A DNA stretch of 64,000 nt, from the NCBI RefSeq assembly GCF_018350175.1, contig NC_058368.1, forward strand, positions 110,362,001-110,426,000, in the 5' to 3' direction. The translations under genes and the position numbers were made by a program. This DNA comes from Felis catus. Taxonomy: Eukaryota. Shown piece after piece: positions 11,300 through 24,148 of this stretch. Below the pieces are notes generated by a model. The model was not told the DNA's origin and did not search any database. It was given only the letters and a program-made list of their open reading frames with translations. How positions within the stretch are numbered: position 1 is the first letter of the stretch; each line of letters starts with the position of its first letter.

Positions 11300-12447
11300 A
11301 AATATATAGATACTCCATAATGTTGTTAACATGAGCTGTACCACTAAAGTGCTGTGAGCCTGGGCCAATAGGAAGTAAGGCTATTCCAAATGCAAAAAGT
11401 CTTCTGTATCCCTGACCTTCACTGCCCAGGACACAGGCTAAGGAAACTTCTGAGCTACCAACACAGACCTTTTTGGAGTGTGACAGAAAAGAAAGCATGC
11501 CTCAGAGAGCATAGCCATGGGTCCAAATGCTAAAGCCAAGAGCTATGGAAAACAATGAACTGGGGCAACATTTTCACAGAGCAAAGAATCATGGTCAAAT
11601 CAAGGAACACTCCCTGCCCCAGATTGGAGAACCCAGGCAACTTTACTGCCCAACTTTACTTTCAGAATTATTGTGGATTAGTAGCTACTCTGTTTTGAAT
11701 GGGAACATTAGTGGCCATTATGCCATCCTGTTATACTGTCCCTGCTCTATCACTGTACGTTGGGGGTGTGAGAGAAAGATCACTTGTCTTTTTTGTTCAT
11801 TAGGTCTCCATATTTAAAGTGTAATATCTGGGGTTTATGTAGATTATAAGATCCTGGATTTTGAGCATTATGACCTAACTAGATAACAAAGGGAATGAGT
11901 CTATTTTGCATGTAAAAAGGATGTGAGTAATTTTGACCAGAGGGCAGACTTTGGTAGACTGATTGCAGGAATGGCCCCAACTCTGTCTCCACAAGCTTTT
12001 TAGTGTGGGTTTACAGCTCTGTCCAAGATGTGTCACCCATATTCACACCCTTTCATTCTGGGTCAATTTTGTGAACGTGCATTGCTGGCTGATAAGATGT
12101 AGAAGACATGATTGGTGTGCTAGTTCCAAGCCTTGGCTTCAAGACTCCTTCTTTTCTTTTGCTCTCTTTCTTGGTTGCCTGAATGCACCAGGAAAATAAA
12201 CCTGGGCTAGCCTGCTGAAGAATGAAATACCTCATGAAAGATGGCTGGGGACCCCCAGCTGACAGTCAGACAACCTCCAGAAACAGTCACCAGGATGACC
12301 TACAGTTAATCACACAAACTGGAGACAGTCAAACTAAGACCTGAAAAACTGTCTAGATGAACCCTGTCTGGACTGTTAAACTGTGAGCTAAATAAGTGCT
12401 TGTTTAAGCCACCACTGTTTGTTACACAGCACTAGGTAACATATACA
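11300..12447 (+). mobile_element. MaLR element: MLT1-int 3' part (to ~11950) plus MLT1 (F-like) LTR (~11951-12447)
   Basis: PPT-like ccagagggcagac precedes LTR start ttggtagactgattgcaggaatggcccc. LTR end reads aataagtgcttgtttaagcc..gttacacagcactaggtaacatataca. Confidence 0.7.
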
Positions 12448-12451
12448 CATG

Positions 12452-12525
12452 CATCATCTTTTGAAGTCCTCACAACAACCTAGGAGATGGGTGCTGTTAT
12501 TATCCCTATTTTAGGGAAGACTAAA
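12452..12525 (-). mobile_element. MIR fragment
   Basis: cctcacaacaacctaggagatgggtgctgttattatccctatttta, the reverse complement of the MIR core. Confidence 0.65.
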
Positions 12526-12696
12526 ATACCAACACAGATAAAACTAAGTTTTAGAGCAAGTTTCATAGCTATCTAAGCTCATACAGGTATTGCAAATGGC
12601 TTTTTAGCCATCTGTTTTCCTGTTCCCATCCTCTTTCTAAGCACTTCGTGGGACTGAAATCTTGGGACCTGATTTGGACAACAAAACTCAGGTGGA

Positions 12697-12909
12697 GGGG
12701 TGCCTGGGTGGCTCAGTCAAGCATCTGACCTTGGCTCAGGTCATGATCTCATGGTTTGTGAGTTCGAGCTTGACATCGGTCTCTGGGCTGACAGCTCAGA
12801 ACTTGGAGCTGGCTTCAGATTCTGTCTCCCTCTCTCTCTGCCCCTCCCCTGCTCATGCTCTCTCTCCTTCAAAAATAAATAAATAAAAATAATAATACAT
12901 AAATAAATG
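12697..12909 (+). mobile_element. Can-SINE (SINEC_Fc-like)
   Basis: ggggtgcctgggtggctcagtc head, ttcagattctgtctccctctctctctgcccctcccc, (AAAT)n tail. TSD core ctcaggtgga on both sides. Confidence 0.95.
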
Positions 12910-13544
12910 CTCAGGTGGAAGCAATGTGTGTCAGTTCCAGGAGAGAGAACATAAGAGAAAGGTACGATGTGCCACATTCCCTCCCTCTTGCCACAGAACT
13001 CAGCTATGCACCCAGCAGAGAATGCTGCTAGGCAAAGCATCTAGGCAGAGTGGAGGAGAGCCGGGCTTCTGCCTCCCGTCTGAAGGTGTCTGGCAGAACG
13101 GGCTCAGAGCAGACCCTACCAGCCTGGCCATAAGCGTGGGGCAGTGGGCGGGGGGGGGGGGGGGTAGGGGAGAGGCAGTGGAGGGGTCCCTCCAGCATCT
13201 TCTGTCTGTGCTTCAGGAGGCTCAACAAGGCACTGGGCAGCTAAGCAGTCCTGGACTGTTCGTGCAACCGGCCGTCCCTCCCATGGTTGGGGTGTCTCCT
13301 CCCACCTCAGCCACCCTAGTGTCTGCACACAGCTGGGTCTTCCTCCTCTAAAATTAGCACAGCTTCTCAGCATTCCTGCCACTTGAGCCTCTTCAACTCA
13401 AGTCACCAAGATCACCTGATCAACCAACGGAGGCCCTTAATTTGACATCTCAAGAGGTCCATCAGCCACTGGGAATTCAAATTCAACTCATCAACCTCCA
13501 CGCTGAATTCTCCAATTTAAGTGAATTTCCAGATACCAAACTTT

Positions 13545-13700
13545 AATTCCATGCAAATCAACAAATGCTTATCTAAGGCCTATTATGTGCACAGAGCTAT
13601 GGCCAGGAAATAAATAAAACATCCTCTCTGCCTCCAGGACTTGCAATCTAGTAAGAGAGGAAGATATAAGTAAAAGGGGCCGTAATTCAAGGCCAAGTTT
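13545..13700 (-). mobile_element. L2 3' fragment
   Basis: tcaacaaatgcttatctaaggcctattatgtgc..ctgcctccaggacttgcaatctagt. Confidence 0.65.
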
Positions 13701-14689
13701 GATAAGGGCTGGAAGAGAGGGACAAAGGCAGTAACAAAACAGGGTGGGTGAGATTCAAACTCCCAAGTTCCTCTCCGTGCCAGAACTTTCTGGTCTATTT
13801 GTGCTTTCACTATAATTTTTCTACCATGCAGTTCTTGCTTTTGTCTCAATAACAGCGTTAGGAACCTAATAAAACTTTTATAATCACTATAGCAGTAATA
13901 ACAGTGCAAGACAGTGATACAGCAACAACAGATGGGTGTTGTTGGGGGATGGGTGGTGATGGCCCCAGAGCTCCCGGTGGCTCTACCGTGAGGGCCTTCC
14001 AGCTGTCTCTGTGAGTGAAAGGCTTGCACATTGATGTCCATGGACTCCTGCTTCTATCCTACTACCTTCCAGCACACACACTGTCCTGATACTCAGGAAT
14101 GTTCTGCCTTGCCACTAAGTAAATGCATCAGCTGCATAACGATAATTTGTCCTCCATGAGATATTTTCCCTCGCGCACTTCAAAGCTTTCAGCTATCTTT
14201 TTAACGGTGGAGGTCACTGTAGTTCTGGCCTTCAGATAAAAGGGCGCCATAGTGTTATCATTTCTACTACCACTGGCAACCGTAAGGACCCACCTCACAC
14301 ATAAAGTAAGGAAAAAGTCCTGCATATACTGTAATAAATAAGGAGAGCAAACCTCTATTAATACAGATCCCATTAAGACAAGAGAAATCTTGACAAAACA
14401 CATGGAGAAGGAAGCAGTAAAGACCAAGGAGCTTCGTGGGTGTGAAATAGCAGAGACCTTTCTCCTTCAGCTGCCTGGAGGTCACAGATGGTATACACCA
14501 GAGTGCCAAGTCTGGCACACGGTGCTCAACAAGTGCAAACTGAACACACTTAGAGCAATTACATGAGTCGTGTGGGTAAAGAACAGGGAACGTGCTCATA
14601 GGCATCAGGGGAGAAAAGGGAATATTCTTCTGGACATGAGCTGGTGGATTTCTCATTAGAATCACATATTCATTAATTTAGCCAAGAAA

Positions 14690-15290
14690 TCTAGTCAATA
14701 CACATTTATTGAGCCCGTGGCATGTTTCAGGCACTAGTCTAGGTAGCTGGCTTACTGCAGTGAGCAAGCCCTTCTGGAGGCTGCGTTCTGGTCTGACACA
14801 GACAATGAGGCCGCAAACCTAAAACTCAGGCTGCGAGGGGCGCCTGGGTGGCTTGGTCGGTTAAGTGTCCAACTTCAGCTCAGGTCACGGTTTCATGGTT
14901 TGGGAGTTTGAGCCCCGCATCAGGCTCTGTGTTGACAGCTGGGAGCCTGGAACCTGCTTCAGATTCTGTGTCTCCCTCTTTCTCTGCCCATCTCCCACTC
15001 ATGCGCTCACTCTCTCTCTCTCAAAAATAAATACACATTAAAACATGTTTTTTAAAAAATCAGGCTGTGAGTCCTATGAAAAAAATCAAACAGGGATGTG
15101 ACGGTACCTGGGGGAGTAGGTCCGACTAGGGGGTCCAGGAAAGCCTCTCCAAGCAATGACACTGAAGTAGAGACCTGAATGATTAGCAGGTTCTTTCCAT
15201 GAGTTCTAAAGGAAAAGCATTAGGGCAGAAGGAACCGCTTGCACAAAAGCTCTAATGTGACAAAGGGCTTAGAATGAAAAGAGCAACATG
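14690..15290 (-). mobile_element. L2 fragment split by a Can-SINE
   Basis: acatttattgagcccgtggcatgtttcaggcact..; resumes after the SINE with aggaaagcctctcc..agacctgaatga..ggcagaaggaaccgcttgcacaaaagc. Confidence 0.7.
14837..15054 (+). mobile_element. Can-SINE (SINEC_Fc-like)
   Basis: ggggcgcctgggtggcttggtcggttaagtgtcc head. TSD aaaactcaggctgcga (14821-14836) and aaaaatcaggctgtga (15055-15070). Confidence 0.95.
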
Positions 15291-15439
15291 GAATAATTTA
15301 AAATGGAAAAAGGATGATTTTAAATTGACACACACTCAAAGGTGTTATTTGTGTCAGCGTCTCCCAATCACTACGTGAAGGAGTGAACAGAAGTCACCAT
15401 TCTAAAGCCTCTCATTCCCTGAAACCCAGATGGCGGTGA

Positions 15440-15605
15440 CAGCATGTGGGTCAGAAAAGACTGGGCCTCCTGCTCATGCTGGACCTCAGGCAAGTTGCTC
15501 ACCTCTCCATCCCATGTTTCCATCTGAAGAAGGCTAATGCCATTGCCCCACAGGGGTGTTGCTAAAGATCACATGAGATGATTTGTTGTGTCAACATTAG
15601 AGCTG
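15440..15605 (+). mobile_element. MIR
   Basis: gacctcaggcaagttgctcacctctc..tttccatctg..caggggtgttgctaaagatcacatgagat. Confidence 0.6.
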
Positions 15606-17749
15606 TTTGCTGTCAGTGTCCAGCCCTGTGCAGAGCCTGGTGACAGGAAGAAGAGGGTCTCAGCTACCTCCTTTGCTGGGCCAATAGAGAGCCCTTTGTC
15701 ACGTTCATCCCCAGGACCTGAGACGTGACCCTTAGAGGCTGGTTTGCAAAAGAAGCCCATCACCCTCACCCTAAATTGGCCGGGACTGGGAATGCATAAA
15801 AACAAGAAATACACAAAAATTGAGTGGGGGTGTCAGTGAAAAGACACTCCTGATCTAAGTGAATCTCAGTGAGCATCTCAACTGGCAGCAGAGGGGCGGA
15901 AGGAGCCACCCACATTTGCCAACAGCCTCCACAGTGGGGAGCCCTGCTGTCTGGCCTCAAGGCCTGGCAAAACCCCAGAGTAAGCCCCAGGAAGTCTGAC
16001 AGGCTCTGGGACCAGCTGGGATGGCTGAAGCCCCAGCCACCCGTGGTGACTTCCCCATCCAGACACAGCCCCTTCCAGGCCCAGATTCCATGACCGGGCC
16101 CCAGGGGAATGGGGGGGCCCCTCAAATGTATGAATGGATTAATCATCATGTTTAATGTCTACTTGTCCACAGTATATGAGGCAGGTGGAGACCACAGCAA
16201 AATACAATAATAGGGGAGGGCATCAATATCCTTTCATCTTCTTTGTTTTCCAAGAAGTATCTTCTCCTAAGGATGTCTGAAAGATATTCTAACACTGAAA
16301 GTCGTATGAATAAAACGAGGTTTACATTTTTTTTTTGCTATCTTATAACCCCATGGACTAACACCGCCTTTGGGATTTTTCTGGATACTCTTCAATCACT
16401 TTCAGACAGATAGAGAAACCTTATAACAATGCCTTTTGTTAAAAACACTTTAAACTGCATGTATTCTTAGCTCTCCAAAAGTAATCCCGCTTTTAACAGG
16501 ACTTTTTTATTAATTAGTTTCTCCTTTCAAGATTCCAGCTCTTCAAAAATGCTTTGAAATGTAACTGTTCTCCCCACATTTTTCTTTTTTTCTTAGGAAA
16601 GCCTTCTCCTCAGCCTTAGAAAGAGTTGGATAATAAGCAATTTGGAGCCTAACAGCAAAAAACATTAGTATTAATATTGCCAATTTTCTATTACATGAAG
16701 ATTCAAGAACACCATGAGGTTTGGATTTTGACTCAATCTACAGGCTCAGATGTTTAAAAGACAGATTGTTCTTTTGGGCTGCTTCCGATAAAACTGAGTC
16801 AAGTTTGTGTCAACCTGAAAATTAAATTGTGATTATTGCCATAATGGGAATTTCTTATACTCGCAAGCCAGTCCATTATCAGAATCTGGAAAGGGGGTTG
16901 GGAGTTTGTATCCCTTTCCTTCTCCTGTCTAATTCTGTATTCTGTTTAGACTTCTGATGTTAATAGTTTAAATTACTCAGAGTACTTTTCCACCACGAGG
17001 GCTTCAGTCCTGCCTCCAAACATCTACAGACATAATGATGTGCTTTCCCAAATGCCATGAGAAGTTTTATGAACTCTTTTAAAACCCTTCCCCGGAGAAG
17101 GTGCATTTCATAGAGGAAAATGTCATGTTTCATTAGTACATTCGTGCTCACACAAATTTAGACTTCGGAAAAGATAGTGCTTGTAAAAGTAAAACCAAAA
17201 TTGACAAATTGTGCCTCTGTTGAAAAGCTGAAACCCTCCAATGGAGAATCATTCTCACACACGTCAGCCTGAATTTATAAAACATTTACTTTGCCCTCAA
17301 ATAAAAATTCTTCTGCTGAGATTCTTTTCCAGGGAGGCAATCTAGACACCCACGACCTGAGGCCTGGAGGTCATTGAGCTGAATTCCTTAGGACCTGAGC
17401 AGCTTTATCTACAACTTGAGCTGTGCACCAGGGACATGGATATGGAATCAGGAATGCCCTCTGCCCTGGCAGCCCACAGGACTGCATACTCATAACATCC
17501 AAGGTCTCTGCCACACAGGGCCCTCAGAGGGAACGGCCCATTTAGAAACCAGAGGAGTCTACTGTGGAAATGCCAGTAGCTAAAGAGCGAGGTGGATCCC
17601 ACCCAGTGGAGACACCAACCACAGGCTTGTGAAATGTATCCTGCCAGTAAACAAAATAAAGCTTCATAAATAGAGATTCACATCCTTCATTTCTGATCCT
17701 AGGGAAGTATCCTCTTTGGGCCCAAGCAGGCTGGGAATAAACACAGATG

Positions 17750-17890
17750 AGGAATGGTCTACCAGAGCATTAAGACCTATAACTTTGGACTCCAAAGACA
17801 ATTTGAATCCTGAATCTGCTACTTAATAGTTCAGTGAATTTGGTCAAGTTACTTAATCACTCAGAGGGTCATTGTGAGGACTGAAGAAGA
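17750..17890 (+). mobile_element. MIR
   Basis: tttgaatcctgaatctgctacttaatagttcagtgaatttggtcaagttacttaatcactc..cattgtgagga. Confidence 0.75.
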
Positions 17891-17894
17891 TGTT

Positions 17895-18765
17895 GAGTTT
17901 ATTCACTTATTTCTTAGACAAATAACTACTGAAAACCTACAACAGGGCAGGGAGTATTCTAGATGCTGCCAAGACAACAGTGAACAGAGCAATACTCTCC
18001 TGGAGCTTACGTTCTAATGCAAGGAGGCAATTTAATGTGACAAACAAATGAACGTAGATTATGTTGGGTGGGGACAAGTACAAGGAAGAAGCATTTTTAA
18101 AGGATCACTCTGGCTGTTGTGTCGAGAACAAACGCTTGACAGGCAGGGGTGGGAGACCAGTTCAGGGGCTGTTGTAATAAATGATTCAAACAAAAGAAAT
18201 GATGCCTTGCAGGGGTGGAGGGTAACAGCAGAGGACTAAGAGCTAGTCAGACTCTGGATTTATTTTGAAGATGATGATGATAGCACTTGCTGAGGGCTTG
18301 GAGGTGGAGTATAAGAAAAGCAAGGATAATCCCAAGATTATAGATCTGAGCACAAGCGCATATGACCATCTATACCAGTAACTCACATGGAAAAGCCCGG
18401 GGGAGGGGCAGAGCTGTGCATCAGCACATGGAGGGGGAGGGGGAGGGGAGATCCAGAGCTCAGTTTTGGACGTGTTCATTTTGAGAAGCCTATCTGAAAT
18501 CCAAGTGGAGCTCTTGAGTAGAGGGTTGGTTATGTCTATCAGTGTGGATTTCAGGGTGAGAAGGCAGGGATGGAGATAAAAATTTGGGAATCCTCCCTGT
18601 GTATAAGGTATTTAAAGCCCTGAGACTAAGGAGATCACCTGGAGATAGAGCGAAGCTATGGAAGAAAAGGGAACCAGGGAATAAGGCCTACATGAGTCAA
18701 CATTCAGAGGCTGTTGAGAAGAGAAGGAGCCAGCAAAAGAGGCCGTGAAGAAATAGCAGGGTAGG
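17895..18765 (-). mobile_element. L2 LINE
   Basis: ttattcacttattt..cctggagcttacgttcta..aaaggatcactctggctg..gagctcagttttggacgtgtt..tttaaagccctgagacta..gagaaggagccagcaaaaga. Confidence 0.85.
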
Positions 18766-18804
18766 ATCAGGGTAGGGGGAGCGAGTGGAAAACTAAGAGT
18801 TAGG

Positions 18805-20112
18805 GCATTTGTTAAGACAATGCCCAGAAAGGCTGGGATTCTGACTTACAGGGAGCGGTATGTAGTGTGGATCAGTAACCAATACCAATACATGATATTA
18901 TTTCCCCCACAGCCAGACTATATGGGTCTGGAATCAAAGGGTAGAAATGAAGTGGCTCTTCTCATTACACTGAATAATTCATTCACAAAATTTCTCTTTC
19001 TACCCTTGTGGATTTGATCTCTGCTGTTCAGAAGTCATAGAACTCAAGGGAAGAATGTCCACCACAGTCGCAACGATGATGCCGCTGAACCGGAAGGTGA
19101 GGCAGCTCCTTGGCCAACGAGGCTCTCCTAGAACTAATAGAACACTGGTGGGCTGGGATTATCGATCCTGTTGGCTGAGGGGAAAGTGTGTCCTAACTCC
19201 ACAGAAGGGTAGGAAATTCTATCTGGAATCAGGGGATTCTCTGCAGCACTTCTTGGTACTTCCACGTCTGCCCCAAGGTAATGGAAAACTACTATAACCG
19301 AAAAAGACAGGACCCTTGCGGATTAACACCTTCAGGAATTAGGATTTGGAACACCCATCCGTAAAAAAGCCCAACTAGTTGAAGGCAAGGGAATATGGGA
19401 AAGACAGCAAAAGAAAAGCACTGCATTTATCGGGTGGCTGGGTGGCTCCATTGTTAAGCATCTGACTTTGGCTCAGGTCATGATCTTACAGTTTGTGAGT
19501 TTGAGTCCCATGTAGGGTAAGCTTGAGCCCTGCTTCAAGTGAGCCCTGCTTCTCTCTCTGCCCCTCCTGGGATTCTTTCTCTCTCTCTCTCTGCCTCTCA
19601 CTCATTTATGTTTGCTCTCTCTGCCTCTTGCTCACTTATGCTCTCAAAAAAAAAAAAAAAAAAAAAGGAAGAATTGTATTTATCAATTGTGGAGTTGTGA
19701 CCAGTTACTGAAACACAAACTAGAGCAGCTGTGCTTATTTTCCTTCCTGCCTCTTTATATGTATACATAATAACTACTTTCATCTTTCTTTGCTCTTCCT
19801 TCCCATATTTTAAAAGCAGAATTACTAGTGGTCATTAACTTCAAAATTTAGCCTTTACAGCATGGATAGGTGAAATCATAACCGAATTAAAAGACTAATC
19901 AGTTTTGCCAGGTATGGATACAGCAACTGTTAAGCTTCTGAGTCTCCCCCTTCTGGGGAGAGAGCACAGTCATTTGTACCGAGGACAATTGCAACTTGTT
20001 AGGGGAGCACACAAGTCATGCAGAAGTTCACAAATGTGTACGTGAATTTGTGTGTGTGTGTGCGCGTGCATGCGTAAGTGTGTGTGTATGCTGCATTACC
20101 AAAGGGGTGGAC
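18805..20112 (+). mobile_element. ERV-L internal remnant: degenerate integrase C-terminus plus dUTPase region, interrupted by a Can-SINE
   Basis: Frameshifted peptides EVALLITLNNSFTKFLFLP, TMMPLNRKVRQLLG, ESGDSLQHFLVLP..NGKL and YQLWSCDQLLK resemble recalled ERV-L sequence (GVAPLTITPSDPLAKFLLP / TMIPLNWKLRLPPG / GDPLGRLLVLP..NGKL / YQLRPRDQLQK). ERV-L PPT aaggggtggac at 20102-20112. Confidence 0.8.
19431..19667 (+). mobile_element. Can-SINE nested in ERV-L
   Basis: gggtggctcca ttgttaagcatctgactttggctcaggtcatgatct.., (CT)n, long poly-A. Degenerate TSD actgcatttatc / attgtatttatc. Confidence 0.92.
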
Positions 20113-20510
20113 TGCACCAAAGGGGTGCCAGCGCTTGGATGGGAGACTACAGTGCCCCTGTGCCTCATGGATTCCTGCTAGGTTTTACCAGGGGAGGCGC
20201 TAAGGAGAAATGAGAAGGCTGGAGGAGGAAATTTCTTGTTCAGGGCAGCCTGACCCGGTAATAGCCTTCACCTTGGCAGTGGCCATTGATTCCAATACCA
20301 TTTGAGCAGTGTCCCTCCTCAGATACCTGAGCCCCAGCCCCACAAAGCCTACTCCAAGCCACCAGGTTCTCACAGCCTCATTTTGTCTCCTATGGTCCCC
20401 AGCCATGGGGATCCCAGTGCCTTCTGCCATTACAATCAGTAGAAACACAGCAAGCACAACACCCTACTATGGTCTCAGTCTCCTTGACGGGATCCTAACT
20501 GGACTCTGAT
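20113..20510 (+). mobile_element. ERVL-class 3' LTR (LTR33/LTR41-like)
   Basis: Starts tg directly after the PPT. ttcctgctaggttttaccaggggaggcgctaaggagaaatgagaaggctggaggag and end tctccttgacgggatcctaactg resemble old ERVL LTRs. Confidence 0.55.
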
Positions 20511-20849
20511 GAGAGGAAGCCACGGTCAAGTTTATCAAATGTTGCTAGAGGGCAGAGCCTCCACTACTGGATCTGGAATTCTGGGGCCAAAAAGCCTTTC
20601 CCTAGAAAAGTGCCAATAAATGGTAGCTGCCACTAGTGCTATTATCATTGTTGTTATTATTACTTTCATCCTTGAGATAAGCTTTGCCTGGTCTCACCTC
20701 ACAGTGCCATCAGGCTGGCCTTTAGTGATCAGCCCCCATCAAACAGGATGGGCCGTCATGGCATGTGTGGCCCAGGTGAAGAGAAGAGGGTACAGACAGG
20801 ACTGCAGGCAGGCCTCTTATCCTCAGACACACGTAGCCCAGCAGAAGGA

Positions 20850-21402
20850 GAAGCTGGTGGTGGCAGGGCCACAGGACCCTGTTCAGAGATTCACTAGAAT
20901 ACTCAGCGCAGAGCTGTGCTCAGAGCTAAGATTCATGACGACGGTATGGTAACGATATACTGCTGGATCCCACGGGGAAAAGACACAGGCAGAGTCTGGA
21001 GGAATCCTTGGGCAGACTTTCTATGAGTTCTCCCTCCCACCAGGCTCACCAAGAGCTTAATCGTTCCCCACTGAGGAAGATGAGTATCCTGTGTGATGTC
21101 TCTGCCCTAGGAATCTTATTGAGAGCAAGGTTTTTAGCGGGGACTGGTCACACAGACTCCTTCTGTCTAGCCTGTACCAAAATTCCACATTCCTGGGAGG
21201 AACCCAAGTGTTCATCACAAACCACACTGGCACAAACACCCCAGGCACAGTAAGCCTCCTTCATCATTTAAGGAAAGTTCCAGATCAGTGTAAGGAAGTG
21301 CTGACCAGCCAAGTTCCCAGGTACCACCCAAGTACAAAAATACAAGCTGGGCTTTCTAAGGATAGCAGGGTTGGGCCTGCCGTGTTAACTCCTTTCTGCA
21401 GT
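20850..21402. mobile_element. MER77/MER21-like LTR
   Basis: ccaaaattccacattcctggga..gtgttcatcacaaaccacac..caagttccca..ctttctaaggatagcagg..gcctgccgtgttaactcctttctgca. Confidence 0.65.
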
Positions 21403-22769
21403 GGGAAGTGTGATGCCTTGAACATGAGGACTAGACCATGTTCTTGAAGTGGTTCTCAGCAACCTGGGCACCCAAGTTCTTGAAAAGCCCTGAAAGAAAG
21501 GCTTGTCCCTTGTGCAGCTGGGAGGGGTCTCCAGGGCACAGGCCCAGAGATATAAAAGGGACTCGATTAACTCCAGGCCTCACATGAGAATCCCTGGAAG
21601 TCAACTCTGAGAGTGCCTGTAGGAGGATCCCAGTCAGTCACCTATTTGCAGAACAGGTATCCACTCAGGTCCTCAGTGGGTGGGAGCTGCCCTTCCCCAC
21701 AGGAGCTCTCTGCATGTAGGCCCCTGCCTGCCTCTTAGCCCCAGTGACCCCCTCAAGCCCCAGGCCCATCCAGATTCTAGGCCCCACTTTCCTGGACAAC
21801 GGTGATAGCCCTTCATCTGTACCCTGGGTACCCTGTCTCCCTCACCCTCAAACCACATAGTTTCCTGCCTCTACCTTCCCAAGGGTCTGCCGTGTGGGGC
21901 AGGGGAGGAATCCTTGTGCAGGAGAATCCTTGAGCTCTCCCTCCCAACCAGGTAAGATACATGCATGGTCATGGATAAGACTCAAGAGAGCTCAGAAAAA
22001 AAGTCATGATGGTGACCTGAGCTGGAATGTCAGGGTAACAGGTAGGAGTCCCGTTTTATTTTGATTCCATTAATCGTAAGTCTGATCACTTTGAAAAACT
22101 TTTCTTTGCTGGCTCACCACAATCAACATAAAGAATCCCAGAATGCATTCCACAAAAATGGCACAGATTTTCAGGCCTTCTCGCCCATCCACCCATCCAT
22201 CCATCCATCCATCCGTCCATTCACATTTTCATTCATTTATTCAACACCTCTCCCCACCCCCACCTGGGAAACAAGGATATCTAGCAGGTACGTAACACCT
22301 GAGCATAAGGGCAGTAAGTACAGCTCCAAACACAGGATCCTCTCCAAGGATGTGGCCCTCATCCTTCCAGCCCCACTTCCTCCAGGCAGACTTCTGTGGA
22401 TGTCTCTCAACGTAAGGGAGCACATCCTACCCAGAGTTCCCCTGACACATGGTCCCACTTCTTAGAGGATTACCGGATCTCATTCTCGGATCTTTTTTCA
22501 TCCAAGGTCTCACTAAGGACAAGAAACAACTGATGATTATAGGCAAGCTTGATTCCCAGTGAGTCCTCAATTCACAACAAAGGAAATCCTCTTACCAGCC
22601 CCACAGGAGAAATCCCCACCTTACAGGCCCCTTGTCCCACATTCTGAGAGGAACGGTGGACACCAAGTGACGCCATGATCTGCTTACAGCAGAATAAATA
22701 CTGCCATCACAACGCCCACCTTTGCAAGGACTCACAGAGTTCTAGTCCCTCTGCTGATAATGGCATGTG

Positions 22770-22955
22770 CATTAGTTCCCGTTAGCCTCATAAAAGATAC
22801 CGTTTGTCACCCCTATTTTAAGCCGAGGAAACTGAAGCTCAGTGAAGGCAGTGATTTGCTCAAGGTGACACAGCTGGTCGTGGGCAGAGTCAGAAGTGAA
22901 CCCGAGCTAGAAGAAGTGAAGTGAACCCGAGCTGTGGGACTCGAGCTAGAGTCCT
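22770..22955 (-). mobile_element. MIR with a short local duplication (gaagtgaacccgagct x2)
   Basis: cctattttaagccgaggaaactgaagctcagtgaaggcagtgatttgctcaaggtgacacagctgg. Confidence 0.8.
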
Positions 22956-24104
22956 TCCTTTTGGGTTGTGGCCTCTCTAGAGAGGCCCAGATGTCTGGAG
23001 GAGGCAGGGGCAGCCAGGGCAGCTGAGGTGAGCTCAGCACAGGCATACCCCAAGTGAGTGTGAGTCTAAGGTAATTTTCCTATGCCTCTGGGGTACAGCA
23101 CCAGTCATCCGGAGCAGGGCAAACGCGGGATGGCCAGGCAGCAGGCGTGTGCACCAGCCGCAACCTCAGCCTCCTTCTAGCTTTGGCTCCAGCTGTCAAT
23201 CTGTCCACGGACGGCAGACCCCAACCAGGCCGTGACAAGTGGTCGCCTATCCCCTGCTTTTCGGAGTAGCCCCTGAATGACGTGACGCTTGGGCCAGGAG
23301 GGGTAACAAAAGCAGAGCCAGGCTCCGGCCACAGAGACAAATGTTGGCCAACCTCAGTGGAATAAAAGGTGACTATTGCACCCCTTCCTGACTCCAACAG
23401 CCCCGAGTCAGATGTTTCCCATATGGAGCCAAGGGGGAGGATTCGGCTACGGCCCCACCTGGAGTCTGTGATGGTTCCCGGACACGTTAATGTGTACTAA
23501 AGCCAAATGTAAGAGTGATCTACTCTTTGAAAATCATAGGGGAAGCTGTCTGATCATCCTGTTACTGAGGGAAATGAAGAAAAGTCTTGACATGACAATT
23601 GTCATTGATAACATGTGGTACTTGACTCAGTGTCCCTGGGGTTGATTATTACAAAGTGTGATTTTGGAAATGCTACTAATCAGAAGGAGGAAGTGGCCTC
23701 CCTGAGAGAGGAGCAAGGCGGGGTAAAGTTCCCGGAGCCGGTAGCTACTGTGTTAGAAAATGATCAGTTTCACCAATGACCCGTGACCTGCCGCAGGGTG
23801 GCCTGAGTCTCTGAAGAATCCAGCATTCTAAACTCAGACTTGGGTCCCTCTCATGTAAGAGAGACTACAGGGAGCTGCTCCTTGGCCCCGGTGGAGGCCA
23901 AGGCCAGGACTACCTCTAGAGCTGCCCCTGAATCAGACTCAGGGGGTGAGATTAGCATACCATGCACAGGAAATCAATTCTCAGCATGGAAAAGGAGCCT
24001 TTTGCTAATGGGTCCATGGAAGAGAGGGCTTAGCCCTGCTTGCAGAGGAGACAGTGGGCATGTGAGACTGTATTTTATGGTATAATGAAAGGACCCCCAC
24101 CCCT

Positions 24105-24105
<1 letters not shown>

Positions 24106-24145
<40 letters not shown>
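24106..24145. repeat. (CA)n microsatellite
   Basis: About 20 perfect AC units. Confidence 0.98.

Positions 24146-24148
<3 letters not shown>

Noticed and set aside
14128..14427. Protein-looking minus-strand ORF (..TVKKIAESFEVREGKYLMEDK..)
   Set aside because: No recognisable homologue and no convincing splice boundaries; it may simply be unique non-coding DNA.
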